Shown piece after piece: positions 8,485 to 21,025 of a DNA stretch of 64,000 bases. Under the pieces are notes generated by a model. The model was not told the origin of the DNA. It worked only from the letters and a program-made list of their open reading frames with translations, and ran no database searches. The stretch is from positions 5,111-69,110 of the forward strand of contig CAWCZE010000001.1 in NCBI GenBank assembly GCA_963800015.1, written 5' to 3'. The translations under genes and the position numbers were made by a program. Numbering within the stretch: the first letter of the stretch is position 1; each line of letters opens with the position of its first letter. The DNA comes from an uncultured Verrucomicrobiae bacterium. Its GTDB lineage: Bacteria > Verrucomicrobiota > Verrucomicrobiia > Chthoniobacterales > UBA10450.

Positions 8485-9453
8485 TTAGGCGCCGAAGACT
8501 TCGAGAAAGGCGACTTCGAAGGCGAGCGCTTCCTGAATATTGCGGCCAAGATTGTCGCGCAGTTCCTCCAGCCGCTGAATTCGCCGCAATACAGCCGGAA
8601 CACCAAAACGTTCGGCAAGTGTCGCGGTTTCTTTTTTCGCCATCGGCAGATTGTGTTCTGGACTCCGGTGCAGCGCGAAGAACGTCCGACCAAAATTCGA
8701 CAAGAACTTCAATCAGCATCGCGCGGCGTTGGATGTAGAGACTTTCCGTCAGCGCCTTGTAATATTCCCTCCGGTCTTCCAGCCATGCGCCGTCGGTCGC
8801 ATTGCGATATCGTGCTTCTTCATTTTCCAAAGCCTGATCGTTTTCGGCTTTGATCTTTTGCTTAATACGATTCAGCAAGCTCTGCATTCCCTGTTGCAAT
8901 CGATAAGCCTGCTGAAGTCCCCAACTCTTGTCGCGGGCAGCGCCGCGAAGGAGCTCGACCAGCTCGCTTCGTTCCGGAATTTCAATCTCTTCTCCATTCG
9001 GCGTCAGGGGAATGCAAATACAACGCGACACGATTGTGTCCGGCAACGCTTCAGGTAAAGAGCTCAACAACAGCAGCAGCGAATTGCTTGGCGGCTCCTC
9101 CAGGGTTTTGAGAAACGCGTTTGCGGCCTGGGGTTGCAAACGATCGGCTTCGGCAATGATTGCCACCTTGCGCTGTCCTTCCTGCGAGCGCATTTGCAAT
9201 CCGTGTTCGAGCTCGCGGATTTGCTCGATCAATATTCGGCGCGACTTCGATTCGGGCTCGGCGACGAAAATTTCGCGGGCCTTGGAGGAAAATACGTCGC
9301 GGCTTCGGTTCCGTTCACAACACTGGCAAGATTCGCCGCGACTTCGCGTTTGCCGCTTCCAACCGGACCGGAAATCAAATAGGCGTGGCCGAGCCGATTA
9401 TTTTCGTGGGCACGCCGCAGGAGTCCGATCGCAGTTTTTTTCGAGAAAGCCAT
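8485..9453 (-). CDS. holB: DNA polymerase III subunit delta' (frame-disrupted at about 9290 and about 8700)
   Basis: The sequence reads MAFSKKTAIGLLRRAHENNRLGHAYLISGPVGSGKREVAANLA..., then ...ILIEQIRELEHGLQMRSQEGQRKVAIIAEADRLQPQAANAFLKTLEEPP...SRC. The C-terminus comes from ORF 8485..8712. Confidence 0.8.
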
Positions 9454-9517
9454 TTCAGATGTTTGATGTTCGAGGTTCGATGTTCGAATGTCGCGCGAGC
9501 TTCGGGAAATCCCCTGA

Positions 9518-10148
<631 letters not shown>

Positions 10149-10317
10149 TCACTGTTTTCAAGCACCAAATCCCGATGTCACGACTCGTCCATGGGCACTG
10201 GAAATTTCCTTTAGTTGGGCGCCGGACGTTGAGCTCCGAGGGGAAAACAGGATCAGTGCGCACACTCCGCTATGCGACGCCCGATCTTACTCGAAAAACT
10301 TGGTTGCGCAGTGGGTT

Positions 10318-11022
10318 ATGTTTCCTGCAATAATCTGTCATGAAAGCTCTCTGCTACCTAGTAGTTTGCTGCTCATTGCGTTGGCCGGTGTATGGGCTGC
10401 ATCGATCCCATTTTCGTTTGAGTGCTCGAAGGAAGGCGGATTTTTGCCGGACCCGAACAAGCACAAGCAGCTTGGATACATTACCGACTTCGATGCCGGT
10501 GGCGCGACACTAAAAAGAGACCTTCAAGTGAGTCTGCCGCTTAAGCCAGCCTATCGGCAGTTTAACGCTTTCCAGGCGGTTAATGGTCGAACCGTCACGA
10601 GTGTGATTGGTATTGTCGAAAAATTTTCGTGGCCTGGAGGCGTCGGCGATCCAATCGCCATTGAGTTCTATGTGTCGAAAGAGAACGCGATGTTGATCAA
10701 AGCAGTCACGAGCTCCGCTCTTACAACTACCAGAGTCGATTCGATTGCGTGGTGGATTTGCAATTACGATCAGGAGACCAAGGCCTGGTATGAAGCGGCT
10801 TACCCTTCTCACCCCACAGATCTTAAAGGCATAATCCAGGGGGGCTCGGCTAACCCAATGCTAAACGTCGACATGACACCCGTGTCACTCGAAGGTCTCA
10901 ACGGCGTTGCGAATGTTTACAAAGTTACCCTCGGGGTCCTCCCGCCCCCTCATGAGGCTTTCACGCTATTGTTCGCCAACTCATCCGCAAAATCGATGAC
11001 GAAAAATTGGGGACTGCCGTGA
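10318..11022 (+). CDS. hypothetical secreted protein, no recognisable domain
   Basis: Part of ORF 10105..11022, with an internal start at MFPAIICHESSLLPSSLLLIALAGVWAAS (signal-like). An out-of-frame MKALCYLVVCC at about 10341 hints at a frame problem at the 5' end. Confidence 0.4.
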   Translation: MFPAIICHESSLLPSSLLLIALAGVWAASIPFSFECSKEGGFLPDPNKHKQLGYITDFDAGGATLKRDLQVSLPLKPAYRQFNAFQAVNGRTVTSVIGIVEKFSWPGGVGDPIAIEFYVSKENAMLIKAVTSSALTTTRVDSIAWWICNYDQETKAWYEAAYPSHPTDLKGIIQGGSANPMLNVDMTPVSLEGLNGVANVYKVTLGVLPPPHEAFTLLFANSSAKSMTKNWGLP

Positions 11023-11080
11023 TTCTCAGCGCGATAGGACATTAAATAAGCTTTCGTTTGCCCACGCCCAAGCTTCCGAT

Positions 11081-11497
11081 TTGGGATTTATGAAGAATCA
11101 CTGGCTCGTGAAGCAGGAACCGTCCGGTTACTCGTGGGATGACTTTGTTAAGGACGGCGGCACCAGCTGGACCGGCGTGCGCAATTTTGCCGCGCGAAAC
11201 AATCTCCGCCGAATGTCGAAAGCCGATCAGGTCCTTTTTTATCATAGCGGCGAAGATAAGGCCGTGATTGGAATCGCCACAGTGATTCGCACCGCTTACA
11301 AGGATCCAACCGCCAAAGATGAAGATTGGAGCGCGGTCGAGCTCGCTCCGGTCAAACCCCTGGCCCGACCGGTCACCCTGGCTGAGATCAAAGCCAGACC
11401 TCGGCTCAAGAATATCGCGCTTGTCCGTCAGTCCCGGTTGTCGGTAATGCCGCTAACCGCCAAAGACTTCGATTATATCGTGAAAATGGCGAAATAA
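11081..11497 (+). CDS. EVE (PUA-like) domain protein
   Basis: MKNHWLVKQEPSGYSWDDFVKDGGTSWTGVRNFAARNNLRRMSKADQVLFYHSGEDKAVIGIATV... is a typical EVE/THYN1-like sequence. Confidence 0.75.
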   Translation: MGFMKNHWLVKQEPSGYSWDDFVKDGGTSWTGVRNFAARNNLRRMSKADQVLFYHSGEDKAVIGIATVIRTAYKDPTAKDEDWSAVELAPVKPLARPVTLAEIKARPRLKNIALVRQSRLSVMPLTAKDFDYIVKMAK

Positions 11498-11540
11498 TTG
11501 ACCTTGTTCGCAGGGAGAACGGGGTCGAAAATTCGCCGAA

Positions 11541-12372
11541 ATGACCTCGGTTGCGGCCACGCAATTCCTGCCAGTCGTCGCGACACCCAGCGCGACCAAA
11601 GATTTTCTGGTGGTTTCGATTCACGATGTCGCGCCCGCGACGCAGGCGATCGTCAGCGAAATCATCGCCGAGCTCGCTCAGCGCGGAGTTCATCACACGT
11701 CGCTTTTGGTCGTGCCGAATTATCACCATCAAGGAGCGTCGACGGCGGATCAGAGTTTCGTTTCCTGGCTGCGCCAACTCGAGGCCGCGGGACATGAGAT
11801 CGTCATTCACGGTTACTTCCACGAGCGACCAAGGCGCCAACAGCGAAGGATTTTTCGATGCGATCGTCACTCGTTTTTACACGCAAGGCGAAGGCGAGTT
11901 TTACGATCTCAGCTATGACGAAGCTTTTCGCCGAATCACTGCGGCTCGCGACGAATTTGTCGCCGCAGGATTGAAACCGCGAGGCTTTATCGCGCCGGCG
12001 TGGCTGTTGAGCGCCGAGGGCAGGCGCGCCGCCCGCGACGCAGAAATGGAATACACCACTCATCTGCGAAACGTCGTCGATCTGCGCTCCGGCCACGTCT
12101 TTCCGGCGCGTTCGCTGGTTTACAGCGTTCGAAACGGTTGGCGTCGAGCAACCAGCCTCGCTTGGAACGCAGTCCTCGGTCGGGTGTTGAAAAACAATGC
12201 GCTGGTCCGTGTAAGCATTCATCCGCCGGATTATTCGCATCCGGCCATTTGGCGGCAGATCGTCGATCTTGTTAGTGAAATGGCTCGTATTCGAACGCCG
12301 ATCACTTATCAGGACTGGATCGCCGAGCAGCGCATCAAGCCGGGCGCTCTAAATATATATGAGCAAATGTGA
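11541..12372 (+). CDS. DUF2334 / polysaccharide deacetylase-like protein (one frame change near 11825)
   Basis: ORF 11541..11918 (FLVVSIHDVAPATQ...HGYFHE) joins ORF 11551..12372 (...YDLSYDEAFRRITAARDEFVAAGLKPRGFIAPAWLLS...VSIHPPD). Confidence 0.6.
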
Positions 12373-14765
12373 CCTCCACATTCACTCCCGTTTCAGCGCG
12401 AGGTCGGAGGAATGGCTGTTTCGGCGGCTCGATTTTCCGGATAGTTACTCCGATCCGCGGGAGCTCCATCGACAACTTATCGAGCGCGGGATGGATTTCG
12501 TCACGATCACCGACCACGACACGATCGATGGCTGTCTGCAGATTGGCGATTTGCCGAATACCTTTATCAGCGAGCAAGTCACCACCTATTTCCCGCAGGA
12601 CCCATGCAAGATTCACATCCTGGTTTGGGGAATTACCGAACAAGCAGCACGCAGACATCACCATCGTTCGCGACAATATCTTCGCGCTGCAACGATATCT
12701 GGCGGGCGCCAACATCGCACACGCGGTCGCTCACCCGCTCTACAGCATCAATGGAAAACTTGAGGCCACTCACGTCGAGCGACTCATCTTATTCTTTAAA
12801 CATTTCGAGGGGATCAACGGATTGCGCGACGCGCTTCTGAGCGAGCTCGCCCAACAGCTGTTTGGTTCGTTAACGCCGCAAAAAGATCGAGGAACTGGCC
12901 GCTCGCCATAACCTCGCGCCGACCCATCCTGAACCGTGGCAAAAGATTTTCGTCGGCGGCTCGGACGATCATGGCGGGAAATTTATCGCTTCGGCTTACA
13001 CCGAAACGCCCAGCAGCAAAATCAACCGCGGCATTTCTCGAACACATTCGGACCGGGAATTGCAAGACGCACGGTCACGGCGGAACTCCCCTCGCCCTTT
13101 CGCACGGCTTTTACAACACCCTCGGCTGTTTCATTCAGGACCGGTTCCACGAAAAACTCGGCCCGAGCGCGACACTGGTGGAGCAAATGTTCTCGCGATT
13201 CATGGAAGGTCGCGATCCGACTGAATTCACGCTGGCGGAGAAGGTGAGCTTCATCGCGCAAGGCGTGATGTCAGGGAAAATCTTCGAGCTCGCCAAACCG
13301 GCGAACATGTCGCTCTGGAAAGAGCTCTCCGGTTATTTCGCGCAGCCTGAAATAAAAGCGAAAATGGCCACCGAGCTGGACTCTGTTGCCGAGCCGGAGC
13401 GCCGCACGTTCATGATGGCGAACATGGTCACCGAGCAGCTGGCATTTCGATTTTTCCAAAAATTTGTCCAGCAACTCACCGCCGGAAACATGCTCGAAAG
13501 CATGCAGGCGTTGAGCGCAATCGCGCCGATTCTGGTCGTGTTGGCGCCTTACATCTACGGATTTCACAGCCAGGCGCCGTCGCGAAAATGGTTGCGCGGC
13601 ATTTTTCGCGAACTGACCGGAGCGATTCCGAAAGAATTGCAGAACAACAAACGGGCCTGGTTTACCGACACCCTCGAGGATGTGAACGGCGTCGCCACCA
13701 CGATTCGCAAAATGACAGCCGCGGGAGCTGCCGCTGGCAAAGAACTGATCGTAGTCACTTCCCGCACCGAGCTCACGGTCGACGACATTCCGATCAAGAA
13801 TTTCAAGCCGATCGGCGAATTCGAATTGCCCGAGTACGAACTGCAGAAGTTGAGCTTCCCGCCGATTCTGCAAATGCTCGATTACATTCAGCGCGAGCGA
13901 TTCAGCGAAGTCATCATCAGTACGCCGGGGCCGATCGGACTAACCGCGTTGCTCGCCGCCAAAATGCTCAACCTCCAAACCAGCGGCATTTATCACACCG
14001 ATTTTCCGCAATACGTCCGCATCCTGACCGAAGACAGTTTTCTCGAAAGCGTGACCTGGCGTTACATGCATTGGTTTTACGGACAACTCGATACCGTGTT
14101 CGTCAATTCGGAAGAATATCGCCAAAGCTGGATCAAACGCGGCCTCGATCCCGGAAAATTAAAAATTCTTCCGCGCGGACTCGACACCGAATTATTTCAT
14201 CCAGTCGCGTCGCGATCCGGCATTCTTCGAAAAATTCGGCGCGACCAACGGGCAGGTCAGATTGCTTTATGTCGGGCGCGTGTCGCGAGAAAAGGATCTC
14301 GATCTGTTGGTGGAAGCTTACCGCCGTCTGCGAACCGAGGGACTCTCGATCCAGCTTTTCATCGTCGGCCACGGTCCGTACTCCGAGACACTGCCCGAAT
14401 CATTGCCGGAAGCGTATTTTACCGGCTACCTCAGCGGCAAAGAACTGGCGGCGGCTTATGCGTCGGCTGACATTTTTGTTTTCCCGAGCACAACCGACAC
14501 GTTCGGCAACGTGATCATTGAAGCGCAGGCATCTGGCGTTCCCGTAATCGTTTCGGATTCCGGCGGACCGAAAGAGCTTGTTGAGGAGAACCAAAACGGT
14601 TTGATCACAAAGTCTCACGACGCCGATGATCTGACTCGGGCGATTCGCGAGCTCGTTCTGGATTCAGATCGGCGCAAGCGAATGGGCAATCACGCGCGCG
14701 AAAGCGTAATCAATCGCACCTGGCCGAGCGCATTCCGAAAATTCTGGGCCGCGACTCAGCTCTAA
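12359..14765 (+). CDS. PHP-domain protein fused to GT4 glycosyltransferase (about 800 aa; several frame changes)
   Basis: The N-terminus is MSKCDLHIHSRFSARSEEW...VTITDHDTIDG (PHP). The C-terminus is ...LLYVGRVSREKDLDLL...FVFPSTTDTFGNVIIEAQASGVPVIVSDSGGPKELV (GT1/GT4 EX7E region). Pieces are in ORFs 12359, 12369, 12971 and 14262. Confidence 0.7.
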
Positions 14766-14768
14766 TTA

Positions 14769-15747
14769 CTAACTCGGCAACGGCGGAGGAATTGGCGGTG
14801 GAACAGGCGGGGTTGCAACATTCCCGCCCAGACATCGTAGTCCGGTCCGAATTGCCGAATGAACCGAAGGCCAAACCCGCGCAGGACAACATAAATCGGC
14901 AACAGTGATGACCGTGCCGATGTAGGGAAGCAGCGCGATGCAACATGTCGCCAAAATCACAATGCACGACACGACAACTGTTCCGATCGTCAGCGCGATC
15001 CAAAACAAACAGTAGAGGGTGATCTCGCCCGGATAAGCTGCAATGAGCGCGACCGAAGCTCGAAATCCTTCAGCGCGCCAAACACCGGCGGCGATACATT
15101 ATCGCGATCATAAAATGGCCGATCAACGCCCAGGCAATGACCAGCACTGCTGCAACTGCGACCCACAACGCGATGACGCAAAGCATGTAAACGTTTTCAA
15201 GATGCGGAAGCGCTCCACGTCCGCGGATGATTGGGATAAGGAAAGGCAAACCAGTCGCGAGCAAGACGATCACACGAATCACTCCGACTACCAGCGAGAA
15301 CAGGAAATAACTGTTCCCCTGCTCTCGAAATTCGCGCCACGGCTCCGCGATTGCACCTCGATTTTTCGCGATGCAATCAACGAAAATAAAACGCCCGCGC
15401 GATCGCAACCAGGCGACGAGGATGATTAGAGCGACCAGCAAGGCGATGAACCCGATGATGCCATAGATTAAAATCCAGTGCGGAACCTGGCTGACGGTGT
15501 CGCGAAGTTCCTGCGCGCCCGGAACATTTTTCCAATCGTTCCCTCGCATATTGAAGTTGTAATTCCCGTTGCCCAGATTCGAAAGCCATGCTGCGAACCC
15601 AATCACGAACCATTTTTTCAATTGGAAAGGACGAAACAGAATCTGTTTCATCAGTTCGAATGCCTCGTTAAACGGCCTGATCGTCTCGATGTTTGGACCG
15701 TCGCCATTCATGCTGGCGATTTCACCCGTTGGCGACCTATTGATCAA
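14769..15747 (-). CDS. multi-pass membrane protein with proline-rich C-terminus (frame-disrupted)
   Basis: ORF 15070..15747 joins ORF 14769..15008. Several TM helices; the tail is ...PPVPPPIPPPLPS. Confidence 0.5.
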
Positions 15748-15858
15748 GCTTCTACTGCGAATCGCCGGTTTTGTGTAGGGTGAATTGCCTCGGCGCTGAA
15801 GAAATTGGCCACCGGAAGTGACGGCCAGAATCGCGCCGGCTAGCGAAAGAATTCAACC

Positions 15859-17795
15859 ATGGAGCGAACAACATCGCGGCGCTATCCGATTGGCGCGGAA
15901 TTGATTTCGTCAAACAAAACCAACTTTCGGGTTTGGGCGCCAAAAGCCCAGAGCCTTGACGTCGTTATCGAAGATGCCGATGGAAACAATTCCAAACGCT
16001 CGTTTCACCCGCTCAACCGCGAAGTCGACGGTTATTTCTCCGGGATCCGTGGACGTTGGCGCGGGCGCTTGTTATCGGTTTCGGATCAACAATGATGACG
16101 CTCATTGTTATCCCGATTCAGCGTCGCGTTATCAACCCGATGGACCACACGGCCCGTCTTGTGTGATTGACCCCACTGCTTTCCAGTGGACCGATCAGAA
16201 TTGGCGCGGGCTCAAGCTGACCGGGCAGATCATTTACGAATTTCACATCGGCACGTTTACGCCCGAAGGGACGTGGCGCGCAGCCGCGGAAAAATTGCCG
16301 CTGCTCAAAGAGGACGGCATCACTTTGCTCGAGATGATGCCGATCGCGGATTTTCCCGGCAGTTTCGGCTGGGGTTATGACGGCGTGGACCTGTTTGCGC
16401 CCTGTCGCCTCTACGGCGAGCCCGACGATCTTCGATTCTTCATTGATCGCGCGCACTCGCTCGGCTTGGGCGTCATTCTCGATGTCGTCTATAACCATTT
16501 CGGTCCCGATGGAAATTATCTCGGCGTTTTTTCACGATTACTCCACGTCGAAAGAGAAAAATGAATGGGGCGAATGCATTAATTTTGATGGCGAAAATTC
16601 CGGACCGGTGCGCGAGTTCTTCATCACCAACGGGCGATACTGGATCGAAGAATTCCATTTCGACGGTTTTCGCTTCGACGCGACCCAGGGGATTCACGAT
16701 AAGTCGGACGAATACATTGTGGGCGCGATCGGCCGCGCTGCACGGGCAGCTGCCGGTGAACGCGCAATAGTTCTAGTCGCGGAAAACGAGCGCCAGGAAA
16801 CAAAGATGATCCGACCGCGCGCCGAAGGCGGCGACGATCTCGACGGAATGTGGAATGACGACTGGCACCACACCGCGATGGTGGCGCTGACCGGCGATCC
16901 GCGAAGCGTATTACACCGATTATTGCGGTACACCGCAGGAATTCGTTTCGGCCGCGAAATATGGCTTTCTCTTTCAAGGCCAGCCTTACGTCTGGCAGGA
17001 AGCGGAGCGCGGTTATCCGTCGTTCGGGGTGAGACCGGAAGCGTTCGTTTCCTTCATTGAGAATCATGACCAGGTTGCGAACACCGCGTTTGGCGAACGG
17101 GTCCGTTTTCTCACCTCGCCTGGCGCGTTATCGCGCGATCATCGGCGTTGTTGTTGTTGGGCCCGTGGACGCCACTGCTTTTTCAAGGGCAGGAATTTGG
17201 CGCGACCGCGGCGTTTCGATATTTCAGCGACGTCGGCGACGATCAACTGAAGGAGGCTGTCCGCAAAGGCCGCTTCGAATTTCTCTCGCAATTTCCGTCG
17301 GTTGCTTCGCCCGAAGTGCAGGAACGTCTGCCGGTGCCGCATCACCGCAGCACTTTCGAAGGCTCGAAGCTCGACTGGGACGATCGCGAACAGAAACCCG
17401 CAAGTTTGGCATTTGCATCGCGATCTCATTCGACTTCGGCAAACGACGTCCGGTTTTCGCGAATTGAAACCGCACGGCGTCGACGGGGCGGTTCTGGGCG
17501 CGGATTCGTTCGTCCTGCGATATTTTGCCGACGCCCCGCATGAGGAGCGATTGCTCGTGGTCAATTTCGGCGGATTGCAATCGTTCAGTCCCGCGCCGGA
17601 ACCGCTCCTCGCGCCACCGGACCGTCACGAATGGCAAACGATCTGGACAAGCGAAGCCGCGAAGTACGGCGGGCTCGGTCCGCGACCGATTGTTCATGAC
17701 AGTGGCTGGACGTTATTTGCGGAGGAAACGGTCGCGTTGCGCGCGGTTGCCACTAACAAACCGCGCAAAACTCCGAAGCACGCTAAGATCTGCAC
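15859..17795 (+). CDS. treZ: malto-oligosyltrehalose trehalohydrolase (GH13; about 5 frame changes; 3' end approximate)
   Basis: RRYPIGAELISSNKTNFRVWAPKA..., YRF...PDSASRYQPDGPHGPSCVIDP, IYEFHIGTFTPEGTW, FGWGYDGVDLFAP, LDVVYNHFGPDGNYL, DGFRFDA. Pieces are in ORFs 15859, 15956, 16377, 17148 and 17302. Confidence 0.8.
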
Positions 17796-17798
17796 CTC

Positions 17799-19860
17799 AT
17801 GCAAGAAGATCAGCCGACAACGTGTCCGCACATTGCATTGGGACCCGCGAACGTTCTCGCGCGAAATTCTGTTGGAACGCGAATGGCTCGTGACGAACGG
17901 CCTCGGCGGTTATGCTTCCGGCACAGTTTCCGGCGCGATCACCCGCCGTTACCATGGCGTGTTAATCGCCGCGTTGCCGGCGCCGTTCGGTCGCGTCGTG
18001 ATGTGGAGTCATGTCTCGGAGTTTCTCCGTTTCGACAACGACGAAGTCGTTTCGCTTAGGCGGCGAAGAACGATGCCGGCGGACAACTCGATCTTCGAAG
18101 GGCGCGGATTATCTTCGCGAGTTTCGACTGGAGGACGGAATGCCGGTTTGGATTTATCACGTTCGCGATCTCGTATTCGAAAAGCGCGTCACGATGCCGC
18201 ACCTCCAGAACACGGTGCATGTCAGCTATCGAATCGTGGCTGGTTCCAGCCGCCGCGGTTGGAATTGCGGCCGGCATTTCATTTTCGTCATCACGAAACT
18301 CCGGTGAACGAAGGGCAGGCCGGGCCATACAAGATTACTTCGATAGACGACCGTTACGAGATCGCAGCCCGAACATGGCGAATTGCCGCCGGTGCGAATG
18401 AAAATCTGCCAGTGCCAGTCTGATTTCCACGTCGCGCCTAAGCATCTCACTCAAGTTTTGTATCGGATCGAGCAAAGCCGGGGTTATACCTTCGAAGGCG
18501 ACTTGTGGAGTCCTGGATTTTTCCAGGTCGATCTTGCCAAAGAAAACTCCGTCGACCCTGATCGGATCGACCGAAGAATGGAACATCATCGAAGTTCTGA
18601 GCCCGGACCAGGCACACGCGGCGGAGCGTGAACGTCGCGCGCGTTTGCTCCAGGATGCGCTCCCGAAAGCGCGTCACGATTTCCCGGCGGAACTAATTTT
18701 TGCGGCGGACCAGTTTGTGATTACGCCGGCCGGCCGCTTTGAAGAAGCTGCCCGCGCTCACGCGGCTGGCGACGAGGTGCGAACAATCATCGCCGGTTAC
18801 CATTGGTTCACTGACTGGGGTCGCGATACGATGATCAGCCTGGAAGGTCTCACCCTGCTGACGGGACGCTGGCTCGAGGCCGGTTACATTTTGCGCACGT
18901 TCGCCTATTACGTTCGCGATGGCTTGATCCCAAACATGTTTCCGGACGGAGCCAAGGAAGGCAAATATAACACCGCCGATGCGACACTTTGGTTTTTTCA
19001 CGCAATCGGCCGCTACGTCCAACGCACCAAGGACTTCAACACGTTGAAGTTTCTTCTGCCGACGCTGGTCGAATATTGTTGATCACCATTTGCGCGGCAC
19101 AAAATTCAATATCCATGTCGATCCCACAGATGGACTGCTCGCGCAGGGCGAAACTGGTTATCAGCTCACCTGGATGGACGCGAAGATGGGCGATTGGGTT
19201 GTTACTCCGCGGCGCGGAAAAGCCGTCGAAATCAATGCACTGTGGTACAACGCGCTGCGTTTGATCGCCGAATGGTCGCGCGAATGTGGCGACTCGACAT
19301 TGGCGAATCGCTACGACGATCGTGCCGAACAGGCCTTTGCATCCTTCAACGAAAAGTTTTGGTTCGCTGACGGTCGCTATCTTTACGACGTCGTTGACGT
19401 GGACGGCGGGACTGATCGCGATCCGGCCTGCCGGCCAAATCAACTCTTCGCCGTCTCTCTGGATTATCCGGTGCTGAATCCAGAGCGTTGGGCCGCCGTC
19501 GTCGAGGTCGCAGAAAAAAAATTAGTGACGCCAGTTGGGCTGCGTTCACTGTCACCCGACGATCCAAATTACAAACCGATTTATGCCGGCGACCTGCGTT
19601 CGCGTGACGGCGCGTATCATCAGGGAACGGTCTGGGCGTGGCTGATCGGCCCATTTGTGGACGCGTGGCTGAAAGTTCACCCGCACGATCGGTCGTCCGC
19701 CCGCAAATTTCTCGAATGCTTCCCCGAACATCTGAGCGACAACGGCGTGGGCACGATCAGCGAAGTATTCGATGCCCGGGAGCCGCATCATGCCGGCGGT
19801 TGCATCGCTCAGGCGTGGAGCATTGCCGAAGTATTGCGGGCCTGGGTCGAGACGGCCTAA
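17799..19860 (+). CDS. glycogen debranching enzyme, archaeal-type amylo-alpha-1,6-glucosidase (GDE_N + GDE_C; several frame changes)
   Basis: EREWLVTNGLGGYASGTVSGAITRRYHGVLIAAL..., IIAGYHWFTDWGRDTMISLEGL, LTWMDAKMGDWVVTPRRGKAVEINALWYNAL, YHQGTVWAWLIGPF. Pieces are in ORFs 17302, 18011, 18534 and 19090. Confidence 0.8.
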
Positions 19861-19922
19861 CGATTTGCCTTATCGACGACGCATCCGCTCGCAGGCGAAG
19901 CGGCTACAATTAAGAGCTGCGT

Positions 19923-21021
19923 TTGACGCGCAAAGCTGTGTCCGCCTGCGATTTAGTTTTGATGCCCGAAGCAGAAATCGCACACGAAGTCGAACAGCGG
20001 CCGGAGGTCAAAAAAGAACTCAGCCGGACGACCGGTAACAAACAACCCGGCAAGCAAGTTAAAGCAGCCGTCACCGATAAATTTTGGTTTGTCACTCATG
20101 CGCTTCTTCTCGTTGGCTGCGCGGTTGGCTACTACCTGATCGAATCGAAAGCCATACCTCTCACCCAAATTCAGGTGGGATTGGCTTTTCGTTTCATCCG
20201 AGGCGCAGCCTTGGTCATCATCATCCTCGCTGCTGCCAAAGCGGTCCGAGTTTACGCCATCGGTCGAATCGAGGATACCGCGACCCGGTTTACTCTTCGG
20301 CGCATTGTCCTTTTGATCGCGGGAGCAATGATCGCCGTCATTGCGGTCTCGGTTGTTTTCGTCAATTGGTACGGCGCACTCACCGCACTTGGGGTCGGCT
20401 CAATCATCCTCGGTCTTGCGGTGCAGACGCCGGCCAAAAGTTTTATCGCCTGGATTTACATTTTGGTGCGACAACCATTCAGGGTTGGAGATCGCATAAA
20501 AATCGGCGATGCCACCGGCGATGTAATCGATGTCAGCTATCTCGATACCACGCTTTGGGAGTTCGGCGGCAGCTACATCTCGGGAGACCATCCAAGCGGA
20601 CGAGTTATTCGTTTTCCGAACGAAAAAGTCCTCGACGAAATTATCTGGAATTATTCCTGGCCGCTTTTTCCTTACATCTGGAACGAAATCAAATTCCAGA
20701 TCGCCTATCAAAGCGATTTGCAATTTGTCAGCGAAACTATGCAGCGCGTAGTGGCGGAAGAAATCGGCAAAGACATGAGTGACCGGGTCGAAGTTTACCG
20801 ACGAGCTCCTGGCCAAGACGCCGGTAGATGAACTGCAAGTCCGCGAACATCCCCGCGTCATCTTTAGGGTGGACGAAGTCACCTGGATCGACGCGATCGT
20901 GCGTTACTTGGTTCCGCCTCGCGAAGCCGGGCCGATCAAATCGAGATTGATTCCGAAGCTGCTCGCCGCCCTCAATACTGCTCCGGGAAAGGTCATGTTC
21001 CCGAAAGGCGACGCACGCTAA
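19923..21021 (+). CDS. MscS-family mechanosensitive channel (one frame change near 20800)
   Basis: TM helices are followed by LGLAVQTPAKSFIAWIYILVRQPFRVGDRIKIGDATGDVIDVSYLDTTL. The C-terminus comes from ORF 20779..21021. Confidence 0.7.
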
Positions 21022-21025
21022 CCAG

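Noticed and set aside
8030-8693. ORFs 8030..8407, 8202..8693, 8290..8475 and 8228..8410 between the DUF3592 cassette and holB.
   Set aside because: They overlap one another and known genes, and they are Cys/Arg-rich with no family match. Only a possible lost N-terminal TM of DUF3592 is plausible.
13271-13873. Long antisense ORFs opposite confident genes. Examples are 13271..13873, 23734..24291, 26019..26588, 37603..38283, 39293..39817, 42947..43870, 50505..51194 and 52087..52755.
   Set aside because: These are shadow ORFs in GC-rich coding DNA. Their translations are R/H/Q-rich and non-protein-like, while the opposite strand has clear family matches.
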